Below, in pieces: positions 33,420 to 42,038 of a DNA stretch of 64,000 bases. The stretch's first letter is position 1. Each line of letters begins with the position of its first letter. The stretch is taken from contig JAFGOA010000223.1 in assembly GCA_016926735.1 (NCBI GenBank), forward strand, positions 1 to 64,000. Direction: 5' to 3'. Both the position numbers and the translations under genes were made by a program. The notes under the pieces were generated by a model. That model was not told the DNA's origin. It worked only from the letters and a program-made list of their open reading frames with translations, and did no database searches. This DNA is from Promethearchaeota archaeon (lineage in GTDB: Archaea; Asgardarchaeota; Lokiarchaeia; Sigyniarchaeales; SOKP01).

Positions 33420-33681
33420 CTATACAATCCGGGTCATAAATAACAATAATATTATCTAATTTATATTTCTAAAAAAATTTTAGCTTTTAATAAGCAATTT
33501 GATCAATGATATTATGATTTTTGTTTTAAAATAATTTAAAAAGATATAAATAAGAATTTTAGAGATTTTAGAATGTATTTAAGCTCTTGAAAAAATTAAA
33601 ATTAAGGATAAGAAGTCTGGAAGATTTATTTCATTCTAAATACTAAACAATATGTTTTTAAGTTAATTATTTTAAATATTA

Positions 33682-33695
33682 TTAAGTCAAACTAA
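33682..33695. promoter_or_regulatory. Possible degenerate DtxR box (TTAAGTCAAACTAA) next to a TATA-like element upstream of the dtxR-like gene
   Basis: Resembles TTAGG-N4-CCTAA; lies 3 nt after TTTAAATA. Confidence 0.3.
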
Positions 33696-33754
33696 TAAAT
33701 TTTTAATTTTTATTCTGATTTAATCCTAATTAGAATATAGAAGATCTTGGAAAT

Positions 33755-34174
33755 TTGATTGATATGGCTGAAAAGAATAATCTAGATGATATCCCTGAAA
33801 GTTATCAAAGATATCTGGATGAGATATATACAATCGCAAGTAAAAAAAGAGGTGGTTGGGTGACAAATAAAGAAATTGCTTTAAGTTTAGGTGTTGAGCC
33901 CGCTAGTGTTTCTGGTATGTTAGAAAAATTAAAAGAAAATAATTTAATTAATTGGGAGCCAAGAAAAGCAATCCGTCTTTCAAAAAAAGGAAAAGAAATT
34001 GCTATGCAACTCAATGAAAATCATCAACTATTGCTACTCTTTTTTAAGAAAGTCTTAAAATTAAAAGATAATCTTACGATTGATGCCTTAGCTTGCCAAA
34101 TTGAGCATCATATTTCACAAGATGTTAAAGAATCATTAAAGATATTTTTGGATAAATATTTAAATCAAAATTAA
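33755..34174 (+). CDS. DtxR/MntR family metal-dependent regulator (likely ATG 33764)
   Basis: YLDEIY, IALSLGVEPASVSGMLEKL HTH, ACQIEHHIS. Confidence 0.9.
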   Translation: MIDMAEKNNLDDIPESYQRYLDEIYTIASKKRGGWVTNKEIALSLGVEPASVSGMLEKLKENNLINWEPRKAIRLSKKGKEIAMQLNENHQLLLLFFKKVLKLKDNLTIDALACQIEHHISQDVKESLKIFLDKYLNQN

Positions 34175-34223
34175 TTAATTGAATAAATTTTTAAAAAGAA
34201 ACCATTAGAATTCTGAGAAAAAC

Positions 34224-34982
34224 ATGTCAGATAATTTAAATAAAAAAATAATGTTAATCGAGACATATTTTAAAGATTTTTCCACTTTTATTGAATTAAA
34301 AAATTTTAGAGATTTCCTATTATTCACTCTTAACAGTCAAGCATCAGCGAATATACTTGCTCAATTAGGAATAGGTGGTTCTAAGGATATAATCAATATT
34401 CCATATAATCCTATTTCTGAAATTTATTATCAAAAAATCAGTTTGATTTCATCAGGCTCTCTAATCTTATATATAAAAAGCAAATCGTTATTTGATGAAT
34501 TTGTTATTAAAAAAGAAAATCCCCAATTTAAAGAATACTTAAGTTCAAATGAGATGGAATTGGCATTCAGAGGAAAAGAGAAATTTTTAATTCCTAAAGT
34601 ATGTGATTGCTCTAATTTAGAAAAAGAAAATGAATCACTTATACTAAAAATTGATGACCTCTACTACGATCTAGAAAGTTTTATGGCAGTTGTAGAACCT
34701 AACATTTTATTTGTATTAGATTCTAAAAAACAATCTGATCCTGATTTACTTTTCGCTTTTAATTTAATGCCAGAAATGCCCGGAAGATCCGATAAAAATA
34801 TTCTTAAAATAGATGTATATCTTGATCCTGAACATAAAACTAAAGATATAAACTATATTAAAAAAAAAGAAGATTTTAATCTTATTTTCTTAAAGAATAT
34901 CAAAGATATAAGTCATTCAGATATTTTTAAATCAGCATTTTCATTAGTTCTGCATATTAAATCATTTGATCGTCCCTATTAA
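34224..34982 (+). CDS. Hypothetical protein
   Basis: 252-aa ORF co-oriented with the regulator; no family recognised. Confidence 0.7.
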   Translation: MSDNLNKKIMLIETYFKDFSTFIELKNFRDFLLFTLNSQASANILAQLGIGGSKDIINIPYNPISEIYYQKISLISSGSLILYIKSKSLFDEFVIKKENPQFKEYLSSNEMELAFRGKEKFLIPKVCDCSNLEKENESLILKIDDLYYDLESFMAVVEPNILFVLDSKKQSDPDLLFAFNLMPEMPGRSDKNILKIDVYLDPEHKTKDINYIKKKEDFNLIFLKNIKDISHSDIFKSAFSLVLHIKSFDRPY

Positions 34983-35190
34983 CTATAAATTTCTCTTACT
35001 TTCTTTTTTATAATATTTAATTAAAATAATTATTATTCTTAGAAAAAATAGAGTTATTAATTATTAAATTCTCTTTTTAAATCTACTTATTCGTCTAACA
35101 TCAATGGATTAACAAATCAAAGGATTAATATCTTTGATTTAAATATAATCCGACAAAATATAATAAATATAAAGTGAATTAATTTCCTAA

Positions 35191-35415
35191 TTGAGAGTAA
35201 GAATGCAAATAATAACGATAAATTTACCTGAGAAATATTTGGAAGCCATCCAAATATTAAATGATTATAAAATCTATCCTTCAAGAAGTGAAGCTATTAG
35301 AATTGCTTTAGAAAGATTCTTAACAAATGAACTTAAAATGGATAAGGAACTTGAAGAAGATAATTTTAAAATGCTTACAAAAGGCAGAATTAATAAAAAA
35401 AAAATAAAAAGATAA
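35191..35415 (+). CDS. CopG/ribbon-helix-helix DNA-binding protein (likely ATG 35203)
   Basis: MQIITINLPEKYL...YPSRSEAIRIAL RHH signature. Confidence 0.85.
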   Translation: MRVRMQIITINLPEKYLEAIQILNDYKIYPSRSEAIRIALERFLTNELKMDKELEEDNFKMLTKGRINKKKIKR

Positions 35416-35552
35416 ATATTCTGCTTCTCTTGCTTTTTTTTTTTTCTAAAATACAAATTAAAAAAATACATGATTTTTATTTGATTAGAAGATTTTTTTA
35501 ATTTTTTTTGACACATACAATTATAAGAAGTTACTAAATTTGTGAAATTACA

Positions 35553-36602
35553 ATGAAAGTCGCAAAATACTATAATAATAAAGATGTAAGAATAGAGCAA
35601 ATTTCAAAACCTACTATTAATCCAGATGAATTTTTAGTAAAAATAAGAAAATCTGGTATTTGTGGTTCTGATATTCTTGAATATTATCGTTTTGCAAAAA
35701 TGAAGAAACTTGGTGTAGATAATCTTATATTAGGGCATGAAATAGCTGGGGATATTGTAGAAATTGGAAATAACGTAAAAGAATTTAAGATTGGAGATCG
35801 AGTATTCGTATCTCATCATGTACCATGTTTTAATTGTCATTTTTGTAAACAAGGTCATCATACAGCATGTCATTTATTGCATAATACAAACTTTGACCCT
35901 GGTGGATTCTCAGAGTATGTTAGAATTCCTTCTATTAATATTGAGAAAAAAGGTGTATATGTCTTTAATGAAAGTATGTCGTATGAAGATGGTGTTATGT
36001 TGGAACCATTAGCTTGTGTATGCAGAGCTCAGAGACTTGCAAATATAAAAGAGGGACAGACTATTTTGATTCTAGGAAGTGGTGTATCTGGTATACTGCA
36101 TCTTAAATTAGCAAAAATGAAAGGAGCAGCTAAAGTAATAATGACAGATATTAGTGAGAATCGATTAAAACAAGCTCAGAAATATGGCGCTAATGAAATA
36201 ATTAATGCTAATGAAGATATATTCTCTATTATAAAAAATCTTAATGAAGATCGAATGCCCGATTCTATAATAGTATGTACAGGAGCACTAACAGCCGCTA
36301 ATCAAGCGCTTAAATGTGTCGGAGCAGGATCCACCATCTTATTTTTTGCCGTACCAAAACCGGGTATAAACCTTGACATCCCAATTAATGATTATTGGAG
36401 AAATGAAGTGATCATTATGACCTCCTATGGTGCAGCGCCCCCAGATTTGGATGAAGCATATGAATTAATTTCAAATAAAAAAATAAATGTCAGTGATATT
36501 ATTTCACATCGTTTTCCTTTAAATAAAGTTCAAGAAGCATTTAATATGGTATGTAATGCCGATAATTCATTAAAAGTGATTATAGATTTTGATATGAAAT
36601 AA
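35553..36602 (+). CDS. Zn-dependent (MDR) alcohol/polyol dehydrogenase
   Basis: GICGSD, GHE, C..C..C..G....C, EPLAC, ILGSGVSG. Confidence 0.92.
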   Translation: MKVAKYYNNKDVRIEQISKPTINPDEFLVKIRKSGICGSDILEYYRFAKMKKLGVDNLILGHEIAGDIVEIGNNVKEFKIGDRVFVSHHVPCFNCHFCKQGHHTACHLLHNTNFDPGGFSEYVRIPSINIEKKGVYVFNESMSYEDGVMLEPLACVCRAQRLANIKEGQTILILGSGVSGILHLKLAKMKGAAKVIMTDISENRLKQAQKYGANEIINANEDIFSIIKNLNEDRMPDSIIVCTGALTAANQALKCVGAGSTILFFAVPKPGINLDIPINDYWRNEVIIMTSYGAAPPDLDEAYELISNKKINVSDIISHRFPLNKVQEAFNMVCNADNSLKVIIDFDMK

Positions 36603-36692
36603 TTGAAATTTTTATAGTTTTACCCTTTTTTATTTTTGAGAGAAATACTTCTTTTTCAAAAACTAATTAGGTTATCAAAATTACTAAAAGTG

Positions 36693-37970
36693 TTAAGAAA
36701 TACTAACCGATTCTAATAAAAATTGTTTATACGAAGTTTGGAACATGTCCCTTATTCGCACAGGCTGAAACCAGTAGCCTCTATCGGATAGATCTTGAAT
36801 AAAACCATCTCCGACTACTTTTCTGAGAATATTTAACGCTCCATTTACATCAGCATTAAGAATGTAATTCGAGCCTTTAAATATTCCCCGTTTTATCCTT
36901 TTACCAACATAATGTTGATGTTTCTGTATTGGTTCTAAATCTAATGAACTACATTTTGACGTGTAGGATTCATTGACATCATGAACTTTAATTCCTACAA
37001 GGCGAGCTTTATAAGTTATCATTTGTTTAAGCTTTTGAATGGGGATATTCAAAAAATTTTGGTTATTTCGTTTGCCCATTCGAATATTTTGTTTTATATT
37101 ATCTAATTTACCCAAACAAATGTGTCCTATCTGTTTTTCCAAACAATAACCGACAATGAATTGAGCTGTTTTATGCAAATAATCCTTTACAATTGAGTTT
37201 CTCCTTATTGTAATCTTATCGAGTCTATCAGTCCACTTTAGTTCTTGTTTATCCTTAATAGAAAAAAATCTTGCTTTCTGTTTATTCCATTGCCGATTAA
37301 TTGATTTTAGAATTCTCCCTGAAATAATAATTGGTTTAGTATTCATATTCTCTGCTGTAGTGATTAAATTATTCAATCCAAAATCGATTGATAAATATCT
37401 CGTGGTATCTAATTTTGACGTTTCTATTTCTTTTTTATATATTATTTCAATTTCATAAAATCCTTTTCGTGGCAAAATCCTTATCTGTTGATACTCTCCA
37501 AAACGCTTGTTTTTATACGTAGGAATTTTAATTTCAATAGGGTTTTCAAACTCAGGAAATAGTTCTTTAAAAAGGTGAGACATTGTAAGAACGATTTTAT
37601 CCTGTTTAATCTTGCTATTCTGGTTAGTAAATATCAAAATGTTGTTACAACCTTTCTTGTATTTAGGTGGTCTCGGTCTTCCATTGAATCTTTTCCTATC
37701 TTTTTTCCACTCCTTTATAGCATTGAAGAAACTTTTCCAGTTTTTATCCAAGACTTTAAGAATTTGTTGAGAGGTTTGAGCTTTTAACAATTTATATTGG
37801 CTATATTTTTTCATTATGAAATCTAAATCGTTATATCGAAGCCAATTCTCTAGATGAAAGAAATCCTGTCGAATATACCAATTAGCTTGATTATAAAGCT
37901 TCTTAGAAATTGAACAGAGCACATCTAAATGCTCAGTTCTCAGAGTCCTGAATTTATATACTAATTTCAT
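36693..37970 (-). CDS. tnpB: RNA-guided endonuclease TnpB with rearranged RuvC-II
   Basis: SKKLYNQAN, SIDFGLNN, DYLHKTA, ICLGK, VNESYTSKCS, LNADVNGALNI. Confidence 0.93.
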   Translation of the reverse strand: MKLVYKFRTLRTEHLDVLCSISKKLYNQANWYIRQDFFHLENWLRYNDLDFIMKKYSQYKLLKAQTSQQILKVLDKNWKSFFNAIKEWKKDRKRFNGRPRPPKYKKGCNNILIFTNQNSKIKQDKIVLTMSHLFKELFPEFENPIEIKIPTYKNKRFGEYQQIRILPRKGFYEIEIIYKKEIETSKLDTTRYLSIDFGLNNLITTAENMNTKPIIISGRILKSINRQWNKQKARFFSIKDKQELKWTDRLDKITIRRNSIVKDYLHKTAQFIVGYCLEKQIGHICLGKLDNIKQNIRMGKRNNQNFLNIPIQKLKQMITYKARLVGIKVHDVNESYTSKCSSLDLEPIQKHQHYVGKRIKRGIFKGSNYILNADVNGALNILRKVVGDGFIQDLSDRGYWFQPVRIRDMFQTSYKQFLLESVSIS

Positions 37971-38080
37971 CCTGAAATTCCTCTTTCTTTTTTGTTACAA
38001 ACTCTTTTCTTCTCCTTGAATTAATTGACATAGCATAACAATTAAACTCTTAACAGATTTAAGACTTCATAAGCTTTCAT
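37954..38080 (-). pseudogene. tnpA: Internally deleted IS607 tnpA remnant
   Basis: MKAYEVLNLLRV* (38080-38042) joined out of frame to CYAMSINSRRRKEFVTKKKEEFQDEISI* (38040-37954), which overlaps the tnpB start. Confidence 0.65.
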
Positions 38081-38778
38081 ATTATTAAATGAATAATTCT
38101 TAATAAAAAAGGTAAGTGAGTCTTATGATTTTTAATAAAAATGGGGATGATATTATCTCAACTACTTATTGGAATTTTATAAAAATCTATAATTATTTAT
38201 AATAGTTAAAAATTCATTACACTTTTGGGATTTAAATGGATATTTAGATAGAAATACTCAAGCATTTATCTTCCGTAACCCTAATTATTATACTGAAATA
38301 AAAGAAATTATGAATAGTGATTGGATACATAGATTATTCAATCAGGCTCTCGATAATTTATAACAATTTAAAAATTCTATTTCTTTTCTAAAAACACATA
38401 GTTTTGAAAAATTATTTTTATTTCAAAATACGATATATTTATCCAATTATATATGTATAGATTAACATAACTTGAAGATACTTCAAATAATTTAATATTT
38501 TTGTTTTCTTTAGGAAAAAAAAATTTTCCCTAATATTTTAGGATGGTAAATTTTCAAACGAGCTTTTTTTTGTTTTTTACTACATCCTAAGAGTATATGA
38601 TTTTATAAATACAAAATCTATAGAATAATCTCAAATAAAAAAAAAAAATTGAGAAAATAATGTAAGAAAATTGTACTATATAATGAAGGGATTTGATATC
38701 TATACAAAATAGATTTTAATGAAAAGGAGATTAATAAGAGAAAATTTTAGGTAAAATTTTAATATAAGGTGAATAAAA

Positions 38779-39870
38779 ATGAAAAAAATACGATATCCTA
38801 CTGAAAATGAAAAAGAAGGGATTACTAAGCTAGAAAATTTGATTAAAAATTATCCATTTCATTTTTTGAAGGTTTATAACGAATTTAAACAAGATCAAGA
38901 ATTCCCTATGCTTCAAATAATTATTTCTTGTAAGATGAAAGGATTTTCTATTCCCTCTTCAAATAATTATATGCGAAATATAATGCGATATAGAGGATTA
39001 AATACAGATGATATCAATCGATTTGAAAATTTAGTTATTAATCATCTAAATTCTTTAATAGAGGAAATAGGATATACAGAAACTAAAGAATATTTAGAAA
39101 TGAATAATTCATTTAAAGAACTTAATGTGTGGATTGAAGAAATGTATAAAAGATTAAGTTATTTTGATAATGATGGTGGGTGGAATAAAGTTGGAGTGGA
39201 TGACTACCAAAGAATCGAAGAAATTTTAAAAAGAGAAAAAATATATAGAGGGACAGAAAACGATGTAAAGGTTAAATTCAAACAAATTTTTGGTTTTCAA
39301 GATTTAGTTATAAGAGAAGAAACATACAAGAATCTTACTACTTCAGAAGAATTTGATGAGATTATTTCGAATATATTAATGTTACTCGGAAAGGGATCAT
39401 ATAAATGCAATGGTGGAAAGGTTAGATTAATTGGATCTTCAGTAGAAGATATCGAAGAAAGTTGCATCTATTCTTCCCTTCAAAAATATCCCAGAGTATT
39501 GAAAAATATGGATCAAGCATTGGAACATAAAATTAAGAAGAAATGGAATGAAGTAGCATTGTATTGCTGTAAAGCTATTGAATATTTTTATAAAATAATA
39601 TTAGGTAATAAAAAAAAATATGAAAAATTAACACTTAGATCATTAACAGAAGCAATAAGAAGAAATCAAAATAAATTATTAAAAATTGATGATACTGTGT
39701 GGCTGGGAGTTGATAAATTATTACAATCTTGTGTTAATTTAGTTGGGACAATAAGAAATTCCAGAGACTCAGGTCACGGAAATGATCGAGATGTTGAAAA
39801 ATGGGAAAGTCAAATGGTATACAATTATACAATCGTATTATTAAGAACTCTAATACAAATTATAAAATAA
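38779..39870 (+). CDS. Hypothetical protein with C-terminal HEPN/Abi_C-like domain
   Basis: A..CCKAIE helix and IRNSRDSGHG (Rx6H) motif; SD AGGTGA upstream. Confidence 0.6.
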   Translation: MKKIRYPTENEKEGITKLENLIKNYPFHFLKVYNEFKQDQEFPMLQIIISCKMKGFSIPSSNNYMRNIMRYRGLNTDDINRFENLVINHLNSLIEEIGYTETKEYLEMNNSFKELNVWIEEMYKRLSYFDNDGGWNKVGVDDYQRIEEILKREKIYRGTENDVKVKFKQIFGFQDLVIREETYKNLTTSEEFDEIISNILMLLGKGSYKCNGGKVRLIGSSVEDIEESCIYSSLQKYPRVLKNMDQALEHKIKKKWNEVALYCCKAIEYFYKIILGNKKKYEKLTLRSLTEAIRRNQNKLLKIDDTVWLGVDKLLQSCVNLVGTIRNSRDSGHGNDRDVEKWESQMVYNYTIVLLRTLIQIIK

Positions 39871-39987
39871 TTGAATTTCAACAATAAGTTTTGGAGTTTT
39901 ATAAAAAATTACCAATTTTTATAAATAATTTAAAGGTTATAAATAATTACTAATCTATAATTTTTTAAATCTTTAAAAAAGATAAAA

Positions 39988-40413
39988 ATGAGCGAACAAT
40001 GGAAACATGCTGATTTAGCCTCTCTTATTGGAAAATTAGCATGGATTATTGGTGTTATTTGTGGTGTGATTCAATTAATTATTGGAATTGCATATGGATC
40101 TTTCACCTTATTAGGTACTCTCTATATTGTTCCAATAAATATATTTTGGGCGATTGGCGGTGTGATTATTATAATAATATCCCTTTTAATTATTAAACCC
40201 CAATTTTCAGATAAATGTGCAAATAAGGAATGGGACGCACTATATGATTGGGCATTAGATCTTGGAGGAACTAAAATATGGTGGATGTTAATTTGGATTG
40301 TTGTATTTATTATTTTTGGCTGGGGATATAGTGCTGGTCCAATTATAATAGTCTTTCTTCTTCTTTTCCTTGCTGGTCCAGAGAATACTAAATGGGACAA
40401 AAATAAAAAATAA
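39988..40413 (+). CDS. Small membrane protein
   Basis: About four hydrophobic segments, Trp/Gly-rich. Confidence 0.75.
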   Translation: MSEQWKHADLASLIGKLAWIIGVICGVIQLIIGIAYGSFTLLGTLYIVPINIFWAIGGVIIIIISLLIIKPQFSDKCANKEWDALYDWALDLGGTKIWWMLIWIVVFIIFGWGYSAGPIIIVFLLLFLAGPENTKWDKNKK

Positions 40414-40558
40414 TTATTTTTTTTTCTTTTTCTGCTAATCTTGAAAATATGTTAAAAATAAAAATTATTTTATTAAATTATCTAAAAGTATTACCTATGA
40501 TTAAAAAAAAGCACGTATAATCATTAAAAATTAAAAAAGAAATTAAAAAAAAGAGATG

Positions 40559-40689
40559 TTATAGTCCTTTAGGGCCATTTTCATATATTTTATATGCTTC
40601 ATCAACAGATGTATTATCATGAACAATTGCTCTTACAGCTTTGATCATACCAATAGGACTATCACTTTGAAAAATATTTCTTTCCATAT
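40559..40689 (-). pseudogene. Displaced duplicate of the aldolase last exon ([42 protein letters not shown])
   Basis: 131 nt colinear with 42039..42169; 20 nt differences, 37/42 aa identical. Confidence 0.9.
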
Positions 40690-40705
40690 ATTCAATTACG
40701 ATATT

Positions 40706-41854
40706 TTATTTTAATTCTTCAAATTTCTTTCCTTTAAGTTGCTTATGCCAATAATGTGGTTTTGGTTTTTTAATATTCCATTTTAAACATATTTCATTAA
40801 CAATCCTTGGATATACATTATATATTTCACATATTTTTTTAATTGGCATTTTCCAAACTAATTTTATCAGTTCATCCTTTTGAATGGAGTCTTCAAAAAT
40901 ATTTTTAGATGCAACTCTAAAATATTTCCTCTTTCGCGATAAACTATCTGGAAAATTATCTAACATTTCATTAAATAGTTTTCCGCCCAAACTAAAATAA
41001 TAATTCCCTTTACCATCGGGATTGATTTTATGAGGAATATTAAATCTTTTTTTTATTTCTTCTAAAATTAATTTACTACCAATATGAAATTGATTAGTCC
41101 CTTCTTTTCCATCACCATCAAAAAAACCTAGTAAAAATGCCAGATCTAATTCTCTATTATCTAAATTAGGAAATCTTGTTCTTTTTTTACTACTTTTTAC
41201 ATAACCTAATGTGTATAGATCACTTTGAACATTAGAATTTTTAAAAGTAATCCTTACATATGTTCTTAGTTCATTTTTAGTCATTTTTGTTCGATATTTC
41301 TTGTATTTAGGATTTAAACCTATCGCTTTACAATACCTATCTATTAAAATTTCATCATTTTTGCTTAATTCAAGTTTTAATTCTCCTCTTTCTCCTAAAT
41401 AAACTTCAGCCCACAATATTCCAAGCCAATAAGCTTTATTTTTTGAATTAATTTTTTTAAAGTAATTTATATTTAAATCAAGATGATAGTTTAAAACTTT
41501 TAGACCTTTTTTTCTAGATATTGGTAATTCTTCATTTGATTCTTGGTATTTCTTAATAAATTTTAATGTATTCTTCCCACGTAAGCCAAAATAAGCTTTA
41601 ATATTATTACTCCATTCGTTTAATTCATCTAAAGCAATTTTAAATTGAGGATTCACTTTAATATTTCTTATAATTCTTTTTATACGTCTTTCATAATCAC
41701 ATAATATAAGACTTAATTTTTTATAAGATAAACTTCCATTATGAATTATTTTAACTTTAAAACCATTAATAAATAAGGTGGATGATACAATCTTAAAAAT
41801 CTCGTTTCTTAAATCTTTTATTAATTCTGATGCAGAATAAGTAAGTCTTCTCAT
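40706..41854 (-). CDS. Free-standing double-motif LAGLIDADG homing endonuclease
   Basis: KAYWLGILWAEV and LAFLLGFFDGDG motifs; basic protein with an HTH-like C-terminus; no intein splicing motifs. Confidence 0.85.
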   Translation of the reverse strand: MRRLTYSASELIKDLRNEIFKIVSSTLFINGFKVKIIHNGSLSYKKLSLILCDYERRIKRIIRNIKVNPQFKIALDELNEWSNNIKAYFGLRGKNTLKFIKKYQESNEELPISRKKGLKVLNYHLDLNINYFKKINSKNKAYWLGILWAEVYLGERGELKLELSKNDEILIDRYCKAIGLNPKYKKYRTKMTKNELRTYVRITFKNSNVQSDLYTLGYVKSSKKRTRFPNLDNRELDLAFLLGFFDGDGKEGTNQFHIGSKLILEEIKKRFNIPHKINPDGKGNYYFSLGGKLFNEMLDNFPDSLSRKRKYFRVASKNIFEDSIQKDELIKLVWKMPIKKICEIYNVYPRIVNEICLKWNIKKPKPHYWHKQLKGKKFEELK

Positions 41855-42038
41855 TCCTCAATTATTTTGTTGTGTTTATTTCTGGTCTTTTTTCTATTTT
41901 TATCTAATTGAATTACTTCTCTAGTTTAAAGAATCTTTATTGATTTATATGGTTTTTATTAATATATATTTTAATAGAGTCTGCAGATTTTTTTAAATAA
42001 AATATTTATATTATAACAAGAAAAAAAAAATAAAAAAA

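Larger units (their letters stand above)
33304..33435 (-). tRNA. tRNA-His(GUG) with two non-canonical BHB introns
   Basis: Acceptor GACCCGGA/TCCGGGTC with G-1:C73, anticodon arm GGGGA-CTGTGAA-TCCTT, T arm GCGGG-TTCAATT-CCCGC; cloverleaf restored after removing 33390..33419 and 33331..33359. Confidence 0.92.
36690..38100 (-). mobile_element. Non-autonomous IS607-family element: deleted tnpA plus intact tnpB (boundaries approximate)
   Basis: tnpB ORF preceded by N- and C-terminal remnants of an IS607-like TnpA; ends not resolved. Confidence 0.7.

Noticed and set aside
6170-35730. Short in-frame insertions in TrpG (EDKNIEY), TrpA (GSETIEQS) and the Zn-dehydrogenase (AKMKKLGVDN) as hidden stop-free introns
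   Set aside because: No central helix with paired 3-nt bulges could be drawn by eye; treated as ordinary loop variation, although a computational BHB scan should recheck them.
38120-38480. Possible decayed gene between the IS element and the HEPN-like gene
   Set aside because: Only short broken frames with no recognisable family.
40706-41854. Intein interpretation of the LAGLIDADG ORF
   Set aside because: No N-terminal Cys/Ser block, no C-terminal His-Asn, and it is not in frame with a host protein.
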